Origin: Eledone cirrhosa
Lineage: Eukaryota
Assembly: GCA_964016885.1 (NCBI GenBank)
Contig: OZ024744.1
Span: 1,612,001-1,676,000, forward strand
DNA length: 64,000 nt
Reading direction: 5' to 3'
Within the stretch, counting starts at the first letter, position 1, and every line of letters starts with the position of its first letter. Both the position numbers and the translations under genes were made by a program. Under the pieces are notes generated by a model that was not told the DNA's origin, made no database searches, and saw only the letters and a list, made by a program, of their open reading frames with translations. Below are positions 49,631 through 61,100 of the stretch, in pieces.

Positions 49631-52600
49631 TACCTTGTCTTCCCCCAAAACTTCGTTCTTCACCAAGCTATCTTTCTCTACCTTGTCTTCCCACAAAACG
49701 TCGTTCCACACCAAGCTATCTTTCTCTACCTTGTCTTCCCTCAAAACGTCGTTCTTCACCAAGCTATCTTTCTCTACCTTGTCTTCCCTCAAAACATCGT
49801 TCTTCACCAAGCTATCTTTCTCTACCTTGTCTTCCCTCAAAACTTCGTTCTTCACCAAGCTATCTTTCTCTACCTTGTCTTCCCCCAAAACTTCGTTCTT
49901 CACCAAGCTATCTTTCTCTACCTTGTCTTCTCCCAAAACTTCGTTATTCACCAAGCTATCTTTCTCTACCTTGTCTTCCCTCAAAACTTCGTTCTTCACC
50001 AAGCTATCTTTCTCTACCTTGTCTTCCCCCAAAACTTCGTTCTTCACCAAGCTATCTTTCTCTAGCTTGTCTTCACACAAAACTTCGTTCTTCACCAAGC
50101 TATCTTTCTCTACCTTGTCTTCCCACAAAACGTCATTCTTCACCAAGCTATCTTTCTCTACCTTGTCTTCCGTCAAAACTTCGTTCTTCACCAAGATATC
50201 TTTCTCTACCTTGTCTCCTCCCAAAACTTCGTTCTTCACCAAGCTATCTTTCTCTACCTTGTCTTCCCTCAGAACTTCGTTCTTCACGAAGCTATCTTTC
50301 TCTACCTTGTCTTCCCTCAGAACTTCGTTCTTCACCAAGCTATCTTTCTCTACCTTGTCTTCACTCAAAACGTCGTTCTTCACCAAGCTATCTTTCTCTA
50401 CCTTGTCTTCCCTCAAAACATCGTTCTTCACCAAGCTATCTTTCTCTACCTTGTCTTCTCCCAAAACTTCGTTATTCACCAAGCTATCTTTCTCTACCTT
50501 GTCTTCCCTCAAAACTTCGTTCTTCACCAAGCTATCTTTCTCTACCTTGTCTTCCCCCAAAACTTCGTTCTTCACCAAGCTATCTTTCTCTACCTTGTCT
50601 TCCCCCAAAACTTCTTTCTTCACCAAGTCATCTTTCTCTACCTTGTCATCCCTCAAAACTTCGTTCTTCACCAATCTATCTTTCTCTGCCTTGTCTTCTC
50701 CCAAAACTTCGTTCTTCACCAAGCTATCTTTCTCTAGCTTGTCTTCACACAAAACTTCGTTCTTCACCAAGCTATCTTTCTCTACCTTGTCTTCCCACAA
50801 AACGTCATTCTTCACCAAGCTATCTTTCTCTACCTTGTCTTCCGTCGAAACTTCGTTCTTCACCAAGATATCTTTCTCTACCTTGTTTTCTCCCAAAACT
50901 TCGTTCTTCACCAAGCTATCTTTCTCTACCTTGTCTTCCCTCAGAACTTCGTTCTTCAACAAGCTATCTTTCTCTACCTTGTCTTCCCTCAAAACGTCGT
51001 TCTTCACCAAGCTATCTTTCTCTACCTTGCCTTCCCTCAAAACATCGTTCTTCACCAAGCTATCTTTCTCTACCTTGTCTTCTCCCAAAACTTCGTTATT
51101 CACCAAGCTATCTTTCTCTACCTCGTCTTCCCTCAAAACTTCGTTCTTCACCAAGCTATCTTTCTCTACCTTGTCTTCCCCCAAAACTTCGTTCTTCACC
51201 AAGCTATCTTTCTCTACCTTGTCTTCCCCCAAAACTTCGTTCTTCACCAAGCTATCTTTCTCTACCTTGTCTTTCCCCAAAACTTCTTTCTTCACCAAGT
51301 CATCTTTCTCTACCTTGTCATCCCTCAAAACTTCGTTCTTCACCAATCTATCTTTCTCTGCCTTGTCTTCCCCCAAAACTTCGTTCTTCACCAAGCTATC
51401 TTTCTCTACCTTGTCTTCACACAAAACTTCGTTCTTCACCAAGCTATCTTTCTCTACCTTGTCTTCCCACAAAACGTCATTCTTCACCAAGCTATCTTTC
51501 TCTACCTTATCTTCCGTCAAAACTTCGTTCTTCACCAAGATATCTTTCTCTACCTTGTCTTCTCCCAAAACTTCGTTCTTCACCAAGCTATCTTTCTCTA
51601 CCTTGTCTTCCCTCAGAACTTCGTTCTTCACCAAGCTATCTTTCTCTACCTTGTCTTCCCCCAAAACTTCGTTCTTCACCAAGCTATCTTTCTCTACATT
51701 GTCTTCCCCAAAACTTCGTTCTTCACCAAGCTATCTTTCTCTACCTTGTCTTCCGTCAAAACTTCGTTCTTCACCAAGATATCTTTCTCTACCTTGTCTT
51801 CTCCCAAAACTTCGTTCTTCACCAAGCTATCTTTCTCTACCTTGTCTTCCCTCAAAACGTCGTTCTTCACCAAGCTATCTTTCTCTACCTTGTCTTCCCT
51901 CAAAACATCGTTCTTCACCAAGCTATCTTTCTCTACCTTGTCTTCTCCCAAAACTTCGTTATTCACCAAGCTATCTTTCTCTACCTTGTCTTCCCTCAAA
52001 ACTTCGTTCTTCACCAAGCTATCTTTCTCTACCTTGTCTTCCCCCAAAACTTCGTTCTTCACCAAGCTATCTTTCTCTAGCTTGTCTTCACACAAAACTT
52101 CGTTCTTCACCAAGCTATCTTTCTCTACCTTGTCTTCCCACAAAACGTCATTCTTCACCAAGCTATCTTTCTCTACCTTGTCTTCCGTCGAAACTTCGTT
52201 CTTCACCAAGATATCTTTCTCTACCTTGTTTTCTCCCAAAACTTCGTTCTTCAACAAGCTATCTTTCTCTACCTTGTCTTCCCTCAGAACTTCGTTCTTC
52301 AACAAGCTATCTTTCTCTACCTTGTCTTCCCTCAAAACGTCGTTCTTCACCAAGCTATCTTTCTCTACCTTGCCTTCCCTCAAAACATCGTTCTTCACCA
52401 AGCTATCTTTCTCTACCTTGTCTTCTCCCAAAACTTCGTTATTCACCAAGCTATCTTTCTCTACCTTGTCTTCCCTCAAAACTTCGTTCTTCACCAAGCT
52501 ATCTTTCTCTACCTTGTCTTCCCCCAAAACTTCGTTCTTCACCAAGCTATCTTTCTCTACCTTGTCTTTCCCCAAAACATCTTTCTTCACCAAGTCATCT

Positions 52601-53134
52601 TTCTCTACCTTGTCATCCCTCAAAACTTCGTTCTTCACCAATCTATCTTTCTCTGCCTTGTCTTCCCCCAAAACCTCGTTCTTCACCAAGCTATCTTTCT
52701 CTACCTTGTCTTCACACAAAACTTCGTTCTTCACCAAGCTATCTTTCTCTACCTTGTCTTCCCCCAAAACTTCGTTCTTCACCAAGCTATCTTTCTCTAC
52801 CTTGTCTTCTCCCAAAACTTCGTTATTCACCAAGCTATCTTTCTCTACCTTGTCTTCCCTCAAAACTTCGTTCTTCACCAAGCTATCTTTCTCTACCTTG
52901 TCTTCTCCCAAAACTTCGTTATTCACCAAGCTATCTTTCTCTACCTTGTCTTCCCTCAAACCTTCGTTCTTCACCAAGCTATCTTTCTCTACCTTGTCTT
53001 CCCCCAAAACTTCGTTCTTCACCAAGCTATCTTTCTCTACCTTGTCTTCCCTCAAAACATCGTTCTTCACCAAGCTATCTTTCTCTACCTTGTCTTCTCC
53101 CAAAACTTCGTTATTCACCAAGCTATCTTTCTCT

Positions 53135-56100
53135 ACCTTGTCATCCCTCAAAACTTCGTTCTTCACCAATCTATCTTTCTCTGCCTTGTCTTCCCCCAAA
53201 ACTTTGTTCTTCACCAAGCTATCTTTCTCTACCTTGTCTTCACACAAAACTTCGTTCTTCACCAAGCTATCTTTCTCTACATTGTCTTCCCACAAAACGT
53301 CATTCTTCACCAAGCTGTCTTTCTCTACCTTGTCTTCCGTCAAAACTTCGTTCTTCACCAAGATATCTTTCTCTACCTTGACTTCTCCCAAAACTTCGTT
53401 CTTCACCAAGCTATCTTTCTCTACCTTGTCTTCCCTCAAAACGTCGTTCTTCACCAAGCTATCTTTCTCTACCTTGTCTTCCCTCAAAACATCGTTCTTC
53501 ACCAAGCTATCTTTCTCTACCTTGTCTTCTCCCAAAACTTCGTTATTCACCAAGCTATCTTTCTCTACCTTGTCTTCCCTCAAAACTTCGTTCTTCACCA
53601 AGCTATCTTTCTCTACCTTGTCTTCCCCCAAAACTTCGTTCTTCACCAAGCTATCTTTCTCTACCTTGTCTTCCCCCAAAACTTCGTTCTTCACCAAGCT
53701 ATCTTTCTCTAGCTTGTCTTCACACAAAACTTCGTTCTTCACCAAGCTATCTTTCTCTACGTTGTCTTCCCACAAAACGTCATTCTTCACGAAGCTATCT
53801 TTCTCTACCTTGTCTTCCGTCGAAACTTCGTTCTTCACCAAGATATCTTTCTCTACCTTGTTTTCTCCCAAAACTTCGTTCTTCACCAAGCTATCTTTCT
53901 CTAGCTTGTCTTCACACAAAACTTCGTTCTTCACCAAGCTATCTTTCTCTACCTTGTCTTCCCACAAAACGTCATTCTTCACCAAGCTATCTTTCTCTAC
54001 CTTGTCTTCCGTCGAAACTTCGTTCTTCACCAAGATATCTTTCTCTACCTTGTTTTCTCCCAAAACTTCGTTCTTCAACAAGCTATCTTTCTCTACCTTG
54101 TCTTCCCTCAGAACTTCGTTCTTCAACAAGCTATCTTTCTCTACCTTGTCTTCCCTCAAAACGTCGTTCTTCACCAAGCTATCTTTCTCTACCTTGCCTT
54201 CCCTCAAAACATCGTTCTTCACCAAGCTATCTATCTCTACCTTGTCTTCTCCCAAAACTTCGTTATTCACCAAGCTATCTTTCTCTACCTTGTCTTCCCT
54301 CAAAACTTCGTTCTTCACCAAGCTATCTTTCTCTACCTTGTCTTCCCCCAAAACTTCGTTCTTCACCAAGCTATCTTTCTCTACCTTGTCTTTCCCCAAA
54401 ACTTCTTTCTTCACCAAGTCATCTTTCTCTACCTTGTCATCCCTCAAAACTTCGTTCTTCACCAATCTATCTTTCTCTGCCTTGTCTTCCCCCAAAACTT
54501 CGTTCTTCACCAAGCTATCTTTCTCTACCTTGTCTTCACACAAAACTTCGTTCTTCACCAAGCTATCTTTCTCTACCTTGTCTTCCCACAAAACGTCATT
54601 CTTCACCAAGCTATCTTTCTCTACCTTGTCTTCCGTCAAAACTTCGTTCTTCACCAAGATATCTTTCTCTACCTTGTCTTCTCCCAAAACTTCGTTCTTC
54701 ACCAAGCTATCTTTCTCTACCTTGTCTTCCCTCAGAACTTCGTTCTTCACCAAGCTATCTTTCTCTACCTTGTCTTCCCCCAAAACTTCGTTCTTCACCA
54801 AGCTATCTTTCTCTACATTGTCTTCCCCAAAACTTCGTTCTTCACCAAGCTATCTTTCTCTACCTTGTCTTTCATCAAAACGTCGTTCTTCACCAAGCTC
54901 TCTTTCTCTACCTTGTCTTCCCCCAAAACTTCGTTCTTCGCCAAGCTATCTTTCTCTACCTTGTCTTCCCCCAAAACTTCGTTCTTCACCAAGCTATCTT
55001 TCTCTACCTTGTCTTCCCACAAAACGTCGTTCTTCACCAAGCTATCTTTCTCTACCTTGTCTTCCCTCAAAACGTCGTTCTTCACCAAGCTATCTTTCTC
55101 TACCTTGTCTTCCCTCAAAACATCGTTCTTCACCAAGCTATCTTTCTCTACCTTGTCTTCCCTCAAAACTTCGTTCTTCACCAAGCTATCTTTCTCTACC
55201 TTGTCTTCCCCCAAAACTTCGTTCTTCACCAAGCTATCTTTCTCTACCTTGTCTTCCCTCAAAACGTCGTTCTTCACCAAGCTATCTTTCTCTACCTTGT
55301 CTTCCCCCAAAACTTCGTTCTTCACCAAGCTATCTTTCTCTACCTTGTCTTCCCCCAAAACTTCGTTCTTCACCAAGCTATCTTTCTCTACCTCGTCTTC
55401 CCTCAAAACTTCGTTCTTCACCAAGATATCTTTCTCTACCTTGTCTCCTCCCAAAACTTCTTTCTTCACCAAGTCATCTTTCTCTACCTTGTCATCCCTC
55501 AAAACTTCGTTCTTCACCAATCTATCTTTCTCTGCCTTGTCTTCCCCCAAAACTTCGTTATTCACCAAGCTATCTTTCTCTACCTTGTCTTCCCTCAAAA
55601 CTTCGTTCTTCACCAAGCTATCTTTCTCTACCTTGTCTTCCACCAAAACTTCGTTCTTCACCAAGCTATCTTTCTCTACCTTGTCTTCCCCCAAAACTTC
55701 TTTCTTCACCAAGTCATCTTTCTCTACCTTGTCATCCCTCAAAACTTCGTTCTTCACCAATCTATCTTTCTCTGCCTTGTCTTCCCCCAAAACTTTGTTC
55801 TTCACCAAGCTATCTTTCTCTACCTTGTCTTCACACAAAACTTCGTTCTTCACCAAGCTATCTTTCTCTACATTGTCTTCCCACAAAACGTCATTCTTCA
55901 CCAAGCTGTCTTTCTCTACCTTGTCTTCCGTCAAAACTTCGTTCTTCACCAAGATATCTTTCTCTACCTTGACTTCTCCCAAAACTTCGTTCTTCACCAA
56001 GCTATCTTTCTCTACCTTGTCTTCCCTCAAAACGTCGTTCTTCACCAAGCTATCTTTCTCTACCTTGTCTTCCCTCAAAACATCGTTCTTCACCAAGCTA

Positions 56101-58146
56101 TCTTTCTCTACCTTGTCTTCTCCCAAAACTTCGTTATTCACCAAGCTATCTTTCTCTACCTTGTCTTCCCTCAAAACTTCGTTCTTCACCAAGCTATCTT
56201 TCTCTACCTTGTCTTCCCCCAAAACTTCGTTCTTCACCAAGCTATCTTTCTCTACCTTGTCTTCCCCCAAAACTTCGTTCTTCACCAAGCTATCTTTCTC
56301 TAGCTTGTCTTCACACAAAACTTCGTTCTTCACCAAGCTATCTTTCTCTACGTTGTCTTCCCACAAAACGTCATTCTTCACGAAGCTATCTTTCTCTACC
56401 TTGTCTTCCGTCGAAACTTCGTTCTTCACCAAGATATCTTTCTCTACCTTGTTTTCTCCCAAAACTTCGTTCTTCACCAAGCTATCTTTCTCTAGCTTGT
56501 CTTCACACAAAACTTCGTTCTTCACCAAGCTATCTTTCTCTACCTTGTCTTCCCACAAAACGTCATTCTTCACCAAGCTATCTTTCTCTACCTTGTCTTC
56601 CGTCGAAACTTCGTTCTTCACCAAGATATCTTTCTCTACCTTGTTTTCTCCCAAAACTTCGTTCTTCAACAAGCTATCTTTCTCTACCTTGTCTTCCCTC
56701 AGAACTTCGTTCTTCAACAAGCTATCTTTCTCTACCTTGTCTTCCCTCAAAACGTCGTTCTTCACCAAGCTATCTTTCTCTACCTTGCCTTCCCTCAAAA
56801 CATCGTTCTTCACCAAGCTATCTTTCTCTACCTTGTCTTCTCCCAAAACTTCGTTATTCACCAAGCTATCTTTCTCTACCTTGTCTTCCCTCAAAACTTC
56901 GTTCTTCACCAAGCTATCTTTCTCTACCTTGTCTTCCCCCAAAACTTCGTTCTTCACCAAGCTATCTTTCTCTACCTTGTCTTTCCCCAAAACTTCTTTC
57001 TTCACCAAGTCATCTTTCTCTACCTTGTCATCCCTCAAAACTTCGTTCTTCACCAATCTATCTTTCTCTGCCTTGTCTTCCCCCAAAACTTCGTTCTTCA
57101 CCAAGCTATCTTTCTCTACCTTGTCTTCACACAAAACTTCGTTCTTCACCAAGCTATCTTTCTCTACCTTGTCTTCCCACAAAACGTCATTCTTCACCAA
57201 GCTATCTTTCTCTACCTTGTCTTCCGTCAAAACTTCGTTCTTCACCAAGATATCTTTCTCTACCTTGTCTTCTCCCAAAACTTCGTTCTTCACCAAGCTA
57301 TCTTTCTCTACCTTGTCTTCCCTCAGAACTTCGTTCTTCACCAAGCTATCTTTCTCTACCTTGTCTTCCCCCAAAACTTCGTTCTTCACCAAGCTATCTT
57401 TCTCTACATTGTCTTCCCCAAAACTTCGTTCTTCACCAAGCTATCTTTCTCTACCTTGTCTTTCATCAAAACGTCGTTCTTCACCAAGCTCTCTTTCTCT
57501 ACCTTGTCTTCCCCCAAAACTTCGTTCTTCGCCAAGCTATCTTTCTCTACCTTGTCTTCCCCCAAAACTTCGTTCTTCACCAAGCTATCTTTCTCTACCT
57601 TGTCTTCCCACAAAACGTCGTTCTTCACCAAGCTATCTTTCTCTACCTTGTCTTCCCTCAAAACGTCGTTCTTCACCAAGCTATCTTTCTCTACCTTGTC
57701 TTCCCTCAAAACATCGTTCTTCACCAAGCTATCTTTCTCTACCTTGTCTTCCCTCAAAACTTCGTTCTTCACCAAGCTATCTTTCTCTACCTTGTCTTCC
57801 CCCAAAACTTCGTTCTTCACCAAGCTATCTTTCTCTACCTTGTCTTCCCTCAAAACGTCGTTCTTCACCAAGCTATCTTTCTCTACCTTGTCTTCCCCCA
57901 AAACTTCGTTCTTCACCAAGCTATCTTTCTCTACCTTGTCTTCCCCCAAAACTTCGTTCTTCACCAAGCTATCTTTCTCTACCTCGTCTTCCCTCAAAAC
58001 TTCGTTCTTCACCAAGATATCTTTCTCTACCTTGTCTCCTCCCAAAACTTCTTTCTTCACCAAGTCATCTTTCTCTACCTTGTCATCCCTCAAAACTTCG
58101 TTCTTCACCAATCTATCTTTCTCTGCCTTGTCTTCCCCCAAAACTT
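53135..58146. repeat. Recent block duplication, offset 2591 bp (~53135-55555 vs ~55726-58146)
   Basis: Private variants AAGCTGTCT (53317/55908) and CCTTGACTT (53381/55972), and ACATT deletion monomers (54815/57406), are offset by 2591 = 54x48 - 1. Confidence 0.9.
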
Positions 58147-61100
58147 CGTTCTTCACCAAGCTATCTTTCTCTACCTTGTCTTCACACAAAACTTCGTTCT
58201 TCACCAAGCTATCTTTCTCTACCTTGTCTTCCGTCAAAACTTCGTTCTTCACCAAGATATCTTTCTCTACCTTGTCTTCTCCCAAAACTTCGTTCTTCAC
58301 CAAGCTATCTTTCTCTACCTTGTCTTCCCTCAAAACGTCGTTCTTCACCAAGCTATCTTTCTCTACCTTGTCTTCCCTCAAAACATCGTTCTTCACCAAG
58401 CTATCTTTCTCTACCTTGTCTTCTCCCAAAACTTCGTTATTCACCAAGCTATCTTTCTCTACCTTGTCTTCCCTCAAAACTTCGTTCTTCACCAAGCTAT
58501 CTTTCTCTACCTTGTCTTCCCCCAAAACTTCGTTCTTCACCAAGCTATCTTTCTCTAGCTTGTCTTCACACAAAACTTCGTTCTTCACCAAGCTATCTTT
58601 CTCTACCTTGTCTTCCCACAAAACGTCATTCTTCACCAAGCTATCTTTCTCTACCTTGTCTTCCGTCGAAACTTCGTTATTCACCAAGCTATCTTTCTCT
58701 ACCTTGTCTTCCCTCAAAACTTCGTTCTTCACCAAGCTATCTTTCTCTACCTTGTCTTCCCCCAAAACTTCGTTATTCACCAAGCTATCTTTCTCTACCT
58801 TGTCTTCCCACAAAACGTCATTTTTCACCAAGCTATCTTTCTCTACCTTGTCTTCCGTCGAAACTTCGTTCTTCACCAAGATATCTTTCTCTACCTTGTT
58901 TTCTCCCAAACCTTCGTTCTTCACCAAGCTATCTTTCTCTAGCTTGTCTTCACACAAAACTTCGTTCTTCACCAAGCTATCTTTCTCTACCTTGTCTTCC
59001 CACAAAACGTCATTCTTCACCAAGCTATCTTTCTCTACCTTGTCTTCCGTCGAAACTTCGTTCTTCACCAAGATATCTTTCTCTACCTTGTTTTCTCCCA
59101 AAACTTCGTTCTTCAACAAGCTATCTTTCTCTACCTTGTCTTCCCTCAGAACTTCGTTCTTCAACAAGCTATCTTTCTCTACCTTGTCTTCCCTCAAAAC
59201 GTCGTTCTTCACCAAGCTATCTTTCTCTACCTTGCCTTCCCTCAAAACATCGTTCTTCACCAAGCTATCTTTCTCTACCTTGTCTTCTCCCAAAACTTCG
59301 TTATTCACCAAGCTATCTTTCTCTACCTTGTCTTCCCTCAAAACTTCGTTCTTCACCAAGCTATCTTTCTCTACCTTGTCTTCCCCCAAAACTTCGTTCT
59401 TCACCAAGCTATCTTTCTCTACCTTGTCTTCCCCCAAAACTTCGTTCTTCACCAAGCTATCTTTCTCTACCTTGTCTTTCCCCAAAACTTCTTTCTTCAC
59501 CAAGTCATCTTTCTCTACCTTGTCATCCCTCAAAACTTCGTTCTTCACCAATCTATCTTTCTCTGCCTTGTCTTCCCCCAAAACTTCGTTCTTCACCAAG
59601 CTATCTTTCTCTACCTTGTCTTCACACAAAACTTCGTTCTTCACCAAGCTATCTTTCTCTACCTCGTCTTCCCCCAAAACTTCGTTCTTCACCAAGCTAT
59701 CTTTCTCTACCTTGTCTTCTCCCAAAACTTCGTTATTCACCAAGCTATCTTTCTCTACCTTGTCTTCCCTCAAAACTTCGTTCTTCACCAAGCTATCTTT
59801 CTCTACCTTGTCTTCTCCCAAAACTTCGTTATTCACCAAGCTATCTTTCTCTACCTTGTCTTCCCTCAAACCTTCGTTCTTCACCAAGCTATCTTTCTCT
59901 ACATTGTCTTCCCCAAAACTTCGTTCTTCACCAAGCTATCTTTCTCTACCTTGTCTTTCATCAAAACGTCGTTCTTCACCAAGCTCTCTTTCTCTACCTT
60001 GTCTTCCCCCAAAACTTCGTTCTTCGCCAAGCTATCTTTCTCTACCTTGTCTTCCCCCAAAACTTCGTTCTTCACCAAGCTATCTTTCTCTACCTTGTCT
60101 TCCCTCAAAACTTCGTTCTTCACCAATCTATCTTTCTCTGCCTTGTCTTCCCCCAAAACTTCGTTCTTCACCAAGCTATCTTTCTCTACCTTGTCTTCAC
60201 ACAAAACTTCGTTCTTCACCAAGCTATCTTTCTCTACCTTGTCTTCCCACAAAACGTCATTCTTCACCAAGCTATCTTTCTCTACCTTGTCTTCCGTCAA
60301 AACTTCGTTCTTCACCAAGATATCTTTCTCTACCTTGTCTTCTCCCAAAACTTCGTTCTTCACCAAGCTATCTTTCTCTACCTTGTCTTCCCTCAGAACT
60401 TCGTTCTTCACCAAGCTATCTTTCTCTACCTTGTCTTCCCCCAAAACTTCGTTCTTCACCAAGCTATCTTTCTCTACATTGTCTTCCCCAAAACTTCGTT
60501 CTTCACCAAGCTCTCTTTCTCTACCTTGTCTTCCCCCAAAACTTCGTTCTTCGCCAAGCTATCTTTCTCTACCTTGTCTTCCCCCAAAACTTCGTTCTTC
60601 ACCAAGCTATCTTTCTCTACCTTGTCTTCCCACAAAACGTCGTTCTTCACCAAGCTATCTTTCTCTACCTTGTCTTCCCTCAAAACGTCGTTCTTCACCA
60701 AGCTATCTTTCTCTACCTTGTCTTCCCTCAAAACATCGTTCTTCACCAAGCTATCTTTCTCTACCTTGTCTTCCCTCAAAACTTCGTTCTTCACCAAGCT
60801 ATCTTTCTCTACCTTGTCTTCCCCCAAAACTTCGTTCTTCACCAAGCTATCTTTCTCTACCTTGTCTTCCCTCAAAACGTCGTTCTTCACCAAGCTATCT
60901 TTCTCTACCTTGTCTTCCCCCAAAACTTCGTTCTTCACCAAGCTATCTTTCTCTACCTTGTCTTCCCCCAAAACTTCGTTCTTCACCAAGCTATCTTTCT
61001 CTACCTCGTCTTCCCTCAAAACTTCGTTCTTCACCAAGATATCTTTCTCTACCTTGTCTCCTCCCAAAACTTCTTTCTTCACCAAGTCATCTTTCTCTAC

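Noticed and set aside
433-60500. Phase variation or programmed frameshifting at the C5/A4 run
   Set aside because: The deletions are old alleles copied with linked SNPs, no +1 variants were seen, and there is no downstream functional domain to switch on.
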